Assembly (NCBI RefSeq): GCF_964355755.1
Contig: NC_092676.1
Location: 19,362,871-19,426,870, forward strand
Length of the DNA stretch: 64,000 bases
Direction: 5' to 3'
DNA from: Antedon mediterranea
Taxonomy: Eukaryota > Animalia > Echinodermata
The notes under the pieces were generated by a model. The model had not been told where the DNA came from and made no database searches. It saw only the letters and a program-made list of their open reading frames with translations. Shown one piece after another: positions 25,001 through 37,991 of this stretch. The translations under genes were made by a program, and so were the position numbers. Position 1 is the first letter of the stretch, and every line of letters starts with the position of its first letter.

Positions 25001-28000
25001 ATATGCATATGAAATTATATATATATATATATATATATGCATGATTTGTACAAAATGTCAAAACATTTTTAAAACTATTTTACAGAATGGTGTTGGACTC
25101 TCTGGATTTAATGACGCATTCCTGCTGTATTCAAGTATACACTCCATTTTAAGAAGTAATTTTAAAGATGATCCATGCTACATTTATTTGGTAGAACTAT
25201 TTGAAAAGGTATGTTGAAGAACACATCCCAAAGTCCCTGCGTTTTGTTTTAATATGTCTTAGCTGTAGTTTTGTCATGCATCTTCCTGTTATTGGAGATT
25301 TTGTAAATAGATTATAGTACCTGGGACTGGCCGGTAAAATGTTGTACATCATGATCAGTCCCAGTGTCGTGCTCTTTTGAAATTAGGTGCGGAAAATAGA
25401 CAATTTTAAAGGCACATTCACAGCCAAGAAGTCTTCAGAATAATAATCTTTTTGTGTGTAGTTTAATTCATTAAACATGTTGTTTAATTTCTTTCTTTTT
25501 TTTGTGTTTAAATAGGTGCTACAACAGACTACGATTGGTCAGTCGCTTGACCTTCTAACCTCACCGATTGGCAATACTGACCTGACTAGGTTTACCGAAG
25601 AAAGGTGAGGCAATGAGAAATTTGAGTAAAAGGTCATAGGCTATAGATAATTAGATACAGAAGAGAATTCAGAAGAAGGGTTGTTGTCTTGAGTTCAGAA
25701 TTGTGTAAAGGGTTGGAGCAGAATGTACAACTGCAAAACAAAACTTCTAAATTTCAATTATATGTATTTTCAATATTATGTAACTCAGTCCTACCCAATT
25801 TCCAGAAATATGTGTTGGAAATTATACATTTACTGATAGCATAGAATTCAATATGTATAAAGAAAGTTTTTACAATATAGTTACAGCGCCCTCTATTTGC
25901 TGTAACAACCTTCTGAACTAAAATGTAACATATCAATACAAAAGAAATTAATAAACAACATGTGGATGCTTGCATCAATCGATAAATAAACAATCTACTC
26001 CTTTGACTTATACTGTACTTCATATTATGCTTCACTCTGAGCTTAGCACCAGGATGGCTCATGAAAAAGAATCTGTACTGTAGTATATGCATTACAATTT
26101 GAGTCATCTATTTATAATGTTAGTTCTTCCAGAAGTTCTACAATTTCTTTCTGGCTGTTTTATTGTTTTTATTTAGCTTTTTGCTTCTATTATTTTTAGC
26201 TCTATTGAGATCCAGTCACTGATATTCACAGCATTTGCCTTTGGATTTATATAAAGATATATATAATATAAAATTCCTTCACTTGCACTGGGCTAGTGTT
26301 TTCTGGCGGTTTTACCTTATCGTTTTTTATTTTGTATCTCCATTGAGATCCAGCCACTGATACCCACAGCATTGTCATTTTTTCAGTAATTTGCCTTTGG
26401 ATTTATAATATAAAATGTCAACATTTTTATTATTTTTGTTTATGTTAAATCTAGATATGATGCCATTGTAAAGTGGAAAACAGGTTTCTACTCATTCTAT
26501 ATGCCAGTGGCACTTGCATTATATCTTGTAAGTACACTTTATTAAAAACTTCCGTTTGCCATCTGAGGTAGATTTTAGGAAGTGGCTAAATGTATAACGA
26601 AAAATTTGGTATAAATACATTGGTTTATTAGGTTGGGATCTGTGATGAACCAACACACAACCAAGCCAAAGAAATTCTTTTGAAGATGGGCCACTTTTTT
26701 CAAGTTCAGGTAAAGAACAAATTAAATTATTTATTATATATTTACCCATGTAGACTTCCATATACTCCCATTCAGGCTGTCTACACAGAATTCCATACTC
26801 CCATTCAGATTGTCCTCATAGACTCTCATTCAGACTGTATACATAGACTTCCACATGCACGCATTCAGACTGTCTAAATATACTTCCATATACACTCATT
26901 CAGACACTCTACATAGCCATTTCCGTATATCTATTTAGACTGTCTACATATACTTCCATATACACCCATTCAGACTGTCTACATAGACTTCCATATACAC
27001 CCATTCAGACTGTCTACATATACTTCCATATACATGCATTCAGACTGCCTACATAGACTTCCATATACACGCATTCAGACTGCCTATATAGATTTCCATA
27101 TACACACATTCAGACTGTCTACATAGACTTCCATATACACGCATTCAGAATGTCTAAATAGATTTCCATATAATCTAATTCAGACTGCCAATATAGACTT
27201 CAATATACCATAGAGATATTATAGTTCACTATAATATCTCTATGCATATACACACATTCAAACTGTCTACATAGACTTCCATATCCACCCATTCAGACTG
27301 TCTACATATACTTCTATATACAGTACACGCATTCAGACTGTCTACATATACTTCTATATCCACCCATTCAGACTGTCTACATAGACTTCCATATCCACCC
27401 ATTCAGACTGTCTACATATACTTCTATATCCACCCATTCAGACTGTCTACATAGACTTCCATATCCACCCATTCAGACTGTCTACATAGACTTCCATATC
27501 CACCCATTCAGCCTGTCTACATAGACATTTCAATATACCTATTTAGACGGTCTACATAGACTTCCATATACTCCCATTCAGACTGTCTACATAGACTTCC
27601 ATATACATCCATTCAGACTGTCTACATAGACTTCCATATCCCCCCATTCAGACTGTCTACATAGACTTCTATATACACCCATTCAGATTTTCTACATAGA
27701 CTTCCATATACACCCATTCAGACTGCCTATATAGATTTCCATATCCACCCATTCAGACTGTCTACATCGACTTCCATATACTCCCATTCAGACTGCCTAT
27801 ATAGATTTCCATATCCACCCATTCAGACTGTCTACATCGACTTCCATATACACCCATTCAGACTGCCTATATAGATTTCCATATCCACCCATTCAGACTG
27901 TCTACATCGACTTCCATATCCACCCATTCAGACTGCCTATGTAGACTTCCATACACCCATTCAAACTGCCTACGTCAACTTCTATATCCACCCATTCAGC

Positions 28001-31000
28001 CTGTCTACATAGACTTCCATATACACCCATTCAGACTGCCTATGTAGACTTCCATACACCCATTCAAACTGCCTACGTCAACTTCTATATCCACCCATTC
28101 AGCCTGTCTACATAGACTTCCATATACACCCATTCAGACTGCCTATGTAGACTTCCATACACCCATTCAAACTGCCTACGTCAACTTCCATATCCACCCA
28201 TTCAGACTGTCTACATAGACTTCCATATACACCCATTCAGACTGCCTATGTAGACTTCCATACACCCATTCAAACTGCCTACGTCAACTTCTATATCCAC
28301 CCATTCAGACTGTCTACATAGACTTCCATATACACCCATTCAGACTGCCTATGTAGACTTCCATACACCCATTCAAACTGCCTACGTCAACTTCTATATC
28401 CACCCATTCAGCCTGTCTACATAGACATTTCCATATACCTATTTAGACTGTCTACATAGACTTCCATATACTCCCATTCAGACTGCCTATGTAGACTTCC
28501 ATACACCCATTCAAACTGCCTACGTCAACTTCCATATCCACCCATTCAGACTGTCTACATAGACTTCCATATACACCCATTCAGACTGCCTACATAGACT
28601 TCCATATCCACCCATTCAGACTGTCTACATAGACTTCCATATACACCCATTCAGACTGCCTATGTAGACTTCCATACACCCATTCAAACTGCCTACGTCA
28701 ACTTCTATATCCACCCATTCAGACTGTCTACATAGACTTCCATATCCACCCATTCAGACTGTCTACATAGACTTCCATATCCACCCATTCAGACTGTCTA
28801 CATAGACTTCCATATACACCCATTCAGACTGCCTATGTAGACTTCCATACACCCATTCAAACTGCCTACGTCAACTTCCATATCCACCCATTCAGACTGT
28901 CTACATAGACTTCCATATCCACCCATTCAGACTGTCTACATAGACTTCCATATCCACCCATTCAGACTGTCTACATAGACTTCCATATACACCCATTCAG
29001 ACTGCCTATGTAGACTTCCATACACCCATTCAAACTGCCTACGTCAACTTCTATATCCACCCATTCAGACTGTCTACATAGACTTCCATATACACCCATT
29101 CAGCCTGTCTACATAGACTTCCATACACCCATTCAAACTGCCTACGTCAACTTCTATATCCACCCATTCAGCCTGTCTACATAGACATTTCCATATACCT
29201 ATTTAGACTGTCTACATAGACTTCCATATACTCCCATTCAGACTGCCTATGTAGACATCCATACACCCATTCAAACTGCCTACGTCAACTTCTATATCCA
29301 CCCATTCAGCCTGTCTACATAGACATTTCCATATACCTATTTAGACTGTCTACATAGACTTCCATATACTCCCATTCAGACTGTCTACATAGACTTCCAT
29401 ACACCCATTCAAACTGCCTACGTCAACTTCTATATCCACCCATTCAGCCTGTCTACATAGACATTTCCATATACCTATTTAGACTGTCTACATAGACTTC
29501 CATATACATCCATTCAGACTGTCTACATAAACTATATACACCTATTCAGACTGTCTACATTAGACTTCTATATACTGTACACCTATTTAGACTGTCTACA
29601 TAGACTTCCATATACACGCATTCAGACTGTCTACATAGACTTCCATATACTCCCATTCAGACTGTCTACATAGACATCCATACACCCATTCAAACTGCCT
29701 ACGTCAACTTCTATATCCACCTATTCAGCCTGTCTACATAGACATTTCCATATACCTATTTAGACTGTCTACATAGACTTCCATATACATCCACTCAGAC
29801 TGTCTACATCGACTTCCATATACTCCCATTCAGACTGCCTATGTAGACATCCATACACCCATTCAAACTGCCTACGTCAACTTCTATATCCACCTATTCA
29901 GCCTGTCTACATAGACATTTCCATATACCTATTTAGACTGTCTACATAGACTTCCATATACATCCACTCAGACTGTCTACATAAACTATATACTGTACAC
30001 CTATTCAGACTGCCTACATAGACTTCTATATACTGTACACCTATTTAGACTGTCTACACAGACTTCCATATACACGCATTCAGACTGCCTACATACTGTA
30101 GACTTCCATATACACTCATTCAGACACTCTACATAGACATTTCCATATATATCTTCTATATAGACTGTCTACATAGACTTCCATATACACTCATTCAGAC
30201 ACTCTACATAGACATTTCCGTATATATCTTCTATATAGACTGTCTACATAGACTTCCATATATACCCATTCAGACTGCCTACATAGACTTCCATATACAG
30301 TACACGCATTCAGACTGTCTATAGACTTCCATATACACACATTCAGAATGTCTATATAGACTTCCATATACACCCATTCAGAATGTCTAAATAGACTTGC
30401 ATACACCCATTCAAGGCCTCTGCTAAATTTTGAAACACTGTGTAGTAATATTGAAATGTAGGTAAAGCAATTTGTATTTAGTATAAACACTTTCTATATC
30501 ACTAGCTACTTTCACTTAAAACAGATAAACAATCTGCAACAGCCAGACCTTGAAATGATTTTTGTAAAGTGCATTTGGGAATGTCTTCATCATTTGTTTG
30601 TAAATTGACAGATTAAGTTTCATAATATTAAAAAAGTGGAAGCATTTAGTAATCAACAATGTACTTAAAGTTGTGTTTCTGGAAAATATAAAAAAACGAT
30701 GAAAATTATCTTTCACTAGTACAAATTAAAAGCAAAGTACACTTAACTATGATTTTAGATCTGTGTCAAACCATTAACAATCTGACTATGTAATGCTCTG
30801 CATAGGAGTAGTGCATTACAAAAAGTATTTTAAAACAATTATCGTCATTCCAGATGTTGGGTTTGCCATTATTACTCCTAAAGTTTTCTAGAACAAAGGT
30901 TACCAACTACAGTAATTTATATGCAGGGCTTAGTAACAAGTAGAAGAGAGGTCTAAAGTGTTTTTTCTTTTAAACCCCAATCGCTGTTTTTGGTAAAACT

Positions 31001-33320
31001 TTCAGAATAACACCAGTTTGTTTTATAAAAAAAGTGCAGTGAAAAAAGCTTAAATATATATTGTCCCCCAAAATATATAATATAATCAAACTTTGAATTA
31101 ATAGGCCATTTTGTAGTTTGAATAAAGTTATTTACTTTCACTACAAAAATGATGATTTTGCTTATAATAAGACAAAGTAATAGTTACATTTAATCAGAAA
31201 CCCATTCACTTCCAGAAACGATAGGCTTCTCATTCTCATTAACTACTTTTTTCTTAAAATTCCGTTTTTATTAATCCATTTAAAAGTGAATAACTATTAT
31301 GTGACGTTAAAATTGCCTATTCAACAAAAAATTGTTTGCAAAATTATTTTTTCAGGAGGATAATATTTCTTATCAAATCTCTGGAAAACTAATTATACTA
31401 CTTTAACTGAGCCGGAGAGTTCATTGTGGACAGCATAGCCCAGTGACCTTTACCGGGAGTCACTGGAACACAAAACGCCAACTCGTCTTTCTAGTTTTAC
31501 CGTTTAGTTCAGAAATTAAAGTGCAAATAGTAATACTTTAAAATGTACCATAGTCTTATTTTTATTCTAGCATGTTTGGGACTATGGTAGATAATAAAAT
31601 CATTAATAAATGTAAATCAGTTATTATTATATTTTGTTGAGACATTTTTGATTATGTGACATAAATTGTATGAACTTTCGACTTTCTAGGTCTTTTGGAC
31701 ATTTGGGTTTATGTTTTGTTTTTAAGGTATATGCATTAAATAAAAGAGAAATTCATAAATCTCAAATTTCTGACACCAACTGTGGCCTCAAAGGTGGTGT
31801 GCCTTGGGGGTGGTATAAACGTTCTATAGTGGGGTTAAAGTTTCATCCAAAAAGAATGGATGACACACATGTAGTGTCAGTTTTTGACAGTTAATTACAA
31901 AAATGATTGATACAGGTGATATACTAGCAAAAGGGTAGAAAGGTGTTAAGAAATGTGTTTATACTTCTGTAGTGTTATTAGCAGCAGTAATGTAACTTAA
32001 CCCATTCAAAGATGTAGGTAGGGAAGTGTTGGGGGTGGGTGTCAAACGTTATAGTGGGGGTGGGTTTCAAAAGTGGTGGTTTTTTTATTGTTGTTTTGTA
32101 CTAAGTTTTGTATAAATGTCATCAAGACAGTATAATCATTATTTTGCAACAGAAAAGAAAAGTATTAAGTTTAAAAAATAATATTTGAAATAACAATTTT
32201 GACTTAAATTGTTTTTAATTGTTTTGATAGGACGACTATCTAGACTGTTATGGTGAGCCAGAAACAATTGGTAAAGTAGGAACAGATATAGAAGAAAACA
32301 AGTGCAGTTGGCTCATAGTGCAGGCTTTGAAATTGGCCAATGAGGATCAAAGAAAAGCCTTACAGGTATTTGATTCATTTAAGTTAATTATGAATAGGAG
32401 GTAAAAGTATTACCTATATATGTCAAGGAAAAGTATTAACAAAAGCACTCGAGATGTGTAAGCCACAAATGAGGAGGGTTTTGGCATCACGTCCCCCAAA
32501 CACAACCCCTCGCTCTTCCTCCTCCTCAAAAGGCATTTGAAAGGTTTTCATCCATCTGGATTCATTGCATTGCACAGAAAGGGCCTTGTCTTTTGAGATG
32601 TGGGAGTTCGAACACACATCTAACAAATAAAATGCCCCTGAGGTGTTCCATTTTTCAACACATTCTATACAAATAATTTGTTGAAACATTTCCAAAAGAA
32701 AAGGAGGATATCAACTAAATGTGTGTTGAAAAGCAGTATATTTGAGAGTGCTTTCTTCCTATCCCATGATACACCATGGATAAAAATTAGATGGTGCAAA
32801 TTAACATTTTATATTTTTTAAATGTTAGTATGTCATACGCATTCAACAGCGAGTAATTACCAATAACCAATTACAGGATGGGTAAACTATTTTATAATTG
32901 ATCGTGCTTATAGACTAAGTCTCATTTTGAGGCTGTGGAGTTGAAAGAATCGTGAGTTACAACCCTGGCACTAGGTCAGAATTGAACCCTGAACCTTGGA
33001 AATGGAAGGCAGGCATGCTAACCACCAAACTACAGCTCTGCTATTAACATCTTTTAATTAAGGTCGGAGTATAAAAACGTGCCGAATGAACCATTTATAG
33101 TGGACATTTTCTTTTTCAGACCAACTATGGGTTGGATGATCCTAAAAAGGTTGCCATCGTTAAAACTATTTATCATGAATTACAACTTGAATCCATTTAT
33201 AAGAAATTTGAGCTAGAAAGTTATGAGGACATTCAGCGTGAAATAGATAATATGAAAAGTGATCTACCAAAACAGCTGTTTCTCGAATATGCTACAAGAA
33301 TCTTTCAGCGAGAAAAATAA
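22061..33320 (+). CDS. FDPS: Farnesyl diphosphate synthase family trans-prenyltransferase, about 414 aa, with presequence-like N-terminus
   Basis: Exons 22061-22212, 22296-22467, 24044-24184, 24513-24593, 25086-25208, 25516-25604, 26455-26527, 26632-26709, 32231-32365 and 33120-33320 join in frame. Motifs: [31 protein letters not shown] (FARM), GQSLD, KTGFYSF, FFQVQDDYLD (SARM), [11 protein letters not shown]. The exact start ATG is uncertain because in-frame ATGs also occur at 22017 and 22038. Confidence 0.95.
22559..22864. mobile_element. MITE in FDPS intron 2
   Basis: Imperfect TIRs GGGGCAGATTGCTATAAA / TTTATAGCAATACACCCC. Confidence 0.65.
23637..23944 (-). mobile_element. tRNA-derived SINE with Deu/Nin-like central domain
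   Basis: A box TGGCCGAGCGG and B box GGTTCGAGGC; central GCACTTTAAAGAACC..GAGTAGGGGGTTACCCCGGTGT; 14-bp TSD TCATGCTGATTGAT (23623-23636 and 23945-23958). Confidence 0.85.
26145..26410 (+). mobile_element. Two degenerate tandem copies of the hammerhead-bearing repeat in FDPS intron 6
   Basis: GAGATCCAG(C/T)CACTGATA..CACAGCATT..GCCTTTGGATTTATA occurs twice. The ribozyme region is reduced to ACTTGCACTG-GGCTAGTGTT (26281-26300). Confidence 0.7.
26745..30415. repeat. 35-bp satellite, about 3.7 kb, in FDPS intron 8
   Basis: Unit CATTCAGACTGTCTACATAGACTTCCATATACACC, with 33-36 bp variants and a 103-bp three-unit higher-order repeat in the centre. Confidence 0.97.
27209..27244. mobile_element. P-superfamily-like excision footprint (36 bp) inside the satellite
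   Basis: CATAGAGATATTATAG-ttca-CTATAATATCTCTATG, flanked by AATATAC/CATATAC (7 bp, one mismatch), interrupting a satellite unit. Confidence 0.7.
32832..33038 (-). mobile_element. tRNA-derived SINE in FDPS intron 9
   Basis: Minus-strand head TAGTTTGGTGGTTAGCATGCC...GGTTCAATTC (A and B boxes) followed by an unrelated body; 3' boundary approximate. Confidence 0.55.
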
Positions 33321-33607
33321 TTTGTTTTTCAGTGTGAAACATAATAATTGAAAGACTTTGCATGTCAATCACTCTGTAAGTTCTGTTTTACACTGATGAT
33401 TGTAAAGTGTAAAAACAAGAGATACAGGTCTTCCATCAATTACAGTACCATCCATAATTACCTGTATCGAATGAAGGTACAGCCAGGTCTTTCTGTATGG
33501 TGTATTTTCAAACCCGTATCCAGGAAATTCCTAGAATTCGAATGAACTCAATTTTTCAAAATAGAGGTTAGCAGCTGAATGACCCTAGATCTTGATCAAT
33601 GCTACGT

Positions 33608-33764
33608 TAAGCTCAGTCTACACTATCAAACTTTATGTGACATGTGATGTGCCCATAGGAACATGATGATGTCACATCACTACCATATTTAAGCATATGA
33701 CTACCATATTTGAGCACATCGCACTTTTTTTCGTCAAACTAATTAGATAGTGTAGACAAAGCTA
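33608..33764. mobile_element. MITE family A copy
   Basis: AAGCTCAGTCTACACTATCAAACT ... GATAGTGTAGACAAAGCT. Confidence 0.8.
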
Positions 33765-34213
33765 ACTTAGAAGGAAAATTTCATCTTCTAAGCCTAAAAC
33801 AATTTAAATACATCATGATTGGTCGATCGTTCAATTCCATTCCATAATGCTTGTATGCGCTCGTACTTATCGCATTTTGGGGGAAAGGATAACGATAAAT
33901 CGAAAAAAGTGTCCATAACCAAGGTAGGCCTACAATTGAATTATTCTGTTCAATCTACGAGTATACACATCAATCCAATCATAGGCCTATTATTTTGTGT
34001 CTAACTGCCAACAACGAATTGAAGAGCACGTTTTTAATCATGTCATTTTAACTTAGGCTTATTTAGCTTAAGTTTTCAAACATTATTTTTATATTTCTAT
34101 ATTGCCCCTTCCATGGAACAACAAGGTGTTATACAGTTTACTATAAACATACACTAATTGGCTTTAATATATGTTTTATATTGCCCCTTCCATTGAACAA
34201 CAAGGTGTTATAC

Positions 34214-34237
34214 CATGGAGTAAAGAATAACTCCATG
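34214..34237. mobile_element. P-superfamily-like excision footprint (24 bp) with an adjacent empty site
   Basis: CATGGAGT-aaagaata-ACTCCATG flanked by 7-bp GTTATAC (34207-34213 and 34238-34244). The neighbouring tandem duplicate has a single GTTATAC at 34128-34134. Confidence 0.78.
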
Positions 34238-35146
34238 GTTATACACTTTACTATAAACATACACGAATTGGCATATATCCATCTGGCGCGCAGTGTTACA
34301 GATGTTGTAAAGCGATTAATTCTGTCAATTAATAAGTGAAAGGAATTTGTTTTTATAATTACATTTAACTGTTACTCAGATTTTGCAAAACAAACATGAC
34401 ATGTTGTTACCTAACAAACATCTGCAAGCCATATTTATGTTATGTATGTATAAATAGCCCGAGGAATTTAATTCCGTAGATTTACGATTTCACATTTTAA
34501 ATATTGGATGATGTTCAACGCTTTATTTTCTTCAATATAAGCAACAAGTTTATTATATGGTAATCGTTCCATCACGTAGGGTGTTAAAGACTATTTAATT
34601 GAACGGCTTTTGGCCTTAATGCAAGTCTCCTTGGTCCTCTATATTCTTTGCTTTGTAAGTGGTATACATGTGTAGACCAAAAATTCCCCTGGCTCAGTTT
34701 GATCGACTTTGACATTCTTTTTACCGTGTATATATCATTTCCTTTTAAGTATAATCAAATTTAAGTTTTCTCTTTTCGCCGTTTTAAATTTATAAAAGTA
34801 TTGCGTCTGGAATTCTTGCTAAAGATAGACGTATCAATATTATATGATATATGCATTATACATATTGTAATTAAAAAATAAACAGTGCTAAATTTGTATT
34901 TGGTTGTTTTAAGTTATTTCTAAAATAAAGTTATAACATTAATCTGTTTGCCATATATAGGCTTTCTAAATATAACTAGAAAAGCCTTCTGACCGTATAA
35001 ATATCTTTTTCTCAAGCTATCATATTCGTTTTCAACACCCATTTAAACTTAAAAATACTCATTACACAAGTTTCCATTGTGATAGAAATTAATGAATGAA
35101 TTACTGTTAGGAGAGTTGTATTGAGTTTTATCGTGTACTTTGGCCT

Positions 35147-35300
35147 AAAGCTCTGTCTACACTATCAAACTTTATGTGACAAAAAAATGTGGACATGTCA
35201 TATCATTACCATATTTGAGAATACCATAACCATATTTGAGAATACCATTACCATATTTGAGCACATCACACTTTTTTGTCAAACTAGTTTAATAGTGTAG
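35147..35300. mobile_element. MITE family A copy
   Basis: AAGCTCTGTCTACACTATCAAACT start; AAACTAGTTTAATAGTGTAG end. Confidence 0.8.
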
Positions 35301-35682
35301 CAAGTTGTAATTTACACCCGAATTTAGTCATAATTAATAAGCAAAACATTCGGCAATTTCCCCCACGGGATGGTACATCATATCACTAATGAGACCAATC
35401 GTGATTTTAATTTTTTTGTCGTGTAACGTGAATCCAAGGCGTTGTCGTTACAGGGTCAAAAGTGGGTCAGTGGTATCTGGTCATTTGTAAAACCAGTGCC
35501 GTGCCGGTGTCGAACTTGATTGGAATGTAACTGGTTGTTTTAAGCCGCCATGTCTGAACATTTTTGACAAGATTTCTCCACCGGTTTTACCAGGGAGGGG
35601 AAAAATATATTAATTTTCTCTCTGTTTTACTTGTTTGTTATGCACTTAGGCCTACTGTATTATTGTACCCGCGATGTATTAA

Positions 35683-35995
35683 AGATGTATTGTCCCCCTG
35701 AAAAAAATAATTCTTTAAAAAAAATTTGTTGAATATTCCATTTTAATGTAACTTTGTAACACTTTGACCAACTTTTGGATCGAAAATAAATGTATTTACC
35801 TGAAAAATTTTAAGCAAAAATGGTCAAATTGGCTGTTTATTATTGTCATTTATTTTGTCATTTTATAAGTAAAAACATTATTTTTTTCGTTTTTTTTCTA
35901 TGGAAGTGATTAACTTTATTAAAACTACAAAATAACATATTCAAAGTATGATTTAATTAATCTTCATTTTTCATGTTTTGGGAGACAATACATCT
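35683..35995. mobile_element. MITE with TTAA target duplication (Kolobok-like)
   Basis: TTAA-AGATGTATTGTCCCCC ... GGGAGACAATACATCT-TTAA. Confidence 0.78.
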
Positions 35996-37991
35996 TTAAA
36001 CTCATTTAGGCCTAAACATTTTCAAAAAACCTCTTTCATGTTTACAATGCTGAATTGCACCTATTTTGTGTTATAAAGTATAACAGTATACACTGTTATA
36101 TACATGTATATGTTACTGTATAAACATATAAAATAGAAGAAATAACGAGACTCATCTTGTATTCCAATTAAAATATAGCTGGCCATTTTTTTCAAAGAAC
36201 ATATATTTTTTTTCTTATACACACAATAAACTTTACCATAAACAAATTAACAAAATGTTATTATCTTAACTTTTATTATTTCATAAACATAAATATACAT
36301 CGGTTATAAAAATGTGTAACTCTACAACCTGATATTTTAGAATCACTCGTATAAAATAGTTTGCTAGGCTATATGCAAGGACATTATTATTCGGGTCGTT
36401 AGCAGGAGATTTATTGGAAGATGCACCGTAGCTTTGTAACTACCTATAGTTAAAGCAATATATTATACAATGCCACTACCAAATAAAACTATTTATAAAC
36501 AATTGTAAATTTGATATCCTCCTGAGCTTTTAAAATTTGTCAATGCCAATAAATTAGGTAACAAGGAATTTAGCTACGGAAACCCCAGAATATATAGATA
36601 GCCTAGATGTTTAAACCATTGCAATCAACTACAGGATGCTGAGCTCCGGAGATCAAAGGGGTTATCTGTGGATTCGACACGATCAGTTCAACGCCCCTTT
36701 AAAGGATATAAGAATGTACTGTTATACGGTATATTTGTCGCATCCATACATACGATCAAAGGACTGTTACAAGTTCCTATCTTGGCAAGGCGAGCTCAGT
36801 GTCTTGTTAGATTGCCTAAATATATGCCCTAATAGTTTTATTTTGATAAGTTTAACAACGTAATGTTTACCTAGAAAAATTGCAATAAATTGAACCTGTC
36901 TTTTGGCCAATACTGTTAGCAAAATTGCGCTTACATTCTAATGCGTTTGAACTATTATATATAATGATACAAAATCTAATAAATACTTTTATTTAACCTA
37001 TATTATTTACATAAATAAAATTATACACATGTTGAATTTTATCTTCTGTTGAAAGAAAGTAACTTTTGTTTTTTGTATTCTTCTAAAAAGAACACCTTCT
37101 AAAAAACACTAGGAGCATATCATTAACTTATTCCAATTTAAAGAAAAACTCAAAAAGAGTTTGTTTTCAACGAAAACTTCGTTACTTTATTTTTTACTAT
37201 GTATTTTTTTTTTCGTATTTTAATAAATAAAATAAAGTAAATTTAATTATCAAAACAAAAGATTCGTGTTTACGGACTATCTTATAATGCTTAATTACTT
37301 GAGACGCAACGCAATGACGTAACGTTGCGACGAAAGTGATTAGACCAATAACAAACGATGGATTTATTCTAACTGTCGCTTGTCATTGGTCAACTCTTGA
37401 TTGCAACGCGTCTACATTTTTTTGCGTTGGGAACCAAGCTTTATATCGACGATTATTGTTTACTACGTAATGTGGTAAAATTAGGGAAGAGTGAAATAAT
37501 TCTTCTCTCGTAAAACAACCAAACATTTTCAACATTTTGATTGATGACGTAATCATTTTTTTTTGTAATGATAGCGGTTGCACAGATGTAAACGTCATCA
37601 CAATCGTATACCCGCTTTCCTCTCCCATTTGTCTCCTAACCGCAATTTACTGCGAATATTCCATATCTCGTGTTTTAATAAATTGGAAGTCCAGACAGCT
37701 AATAACAACCTGGAGTGAAGAAAATTGAAAATAATGTTTTCAATCAATTGATTTTAAAATAAATATTTAGATACAAGATAATCAACACTTTACTTTTTTT
37801 TACTTTTTACTAAACATTAAAAAAACGAAAACTCCATTCTCTTCACAAGACACTCAACTACCTGTATATTTCAAAGTAAAATATAATGCAAACATTTCGA
37901 TTTTTGTTAATTTCATTTTCCATCATCTAACTACAGTAGCAAAACACCTTCATGGCCCAACATAGTGACCTATTAATAGGAGTGTATACCC

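Noticed and set aside
26745-30415. CRISPR-like array (35-bp partly palindromic repeats)
   Set aside because: No unique spacers, no cas genes, and it lies in a spliceosomal intron; it is a satellite.
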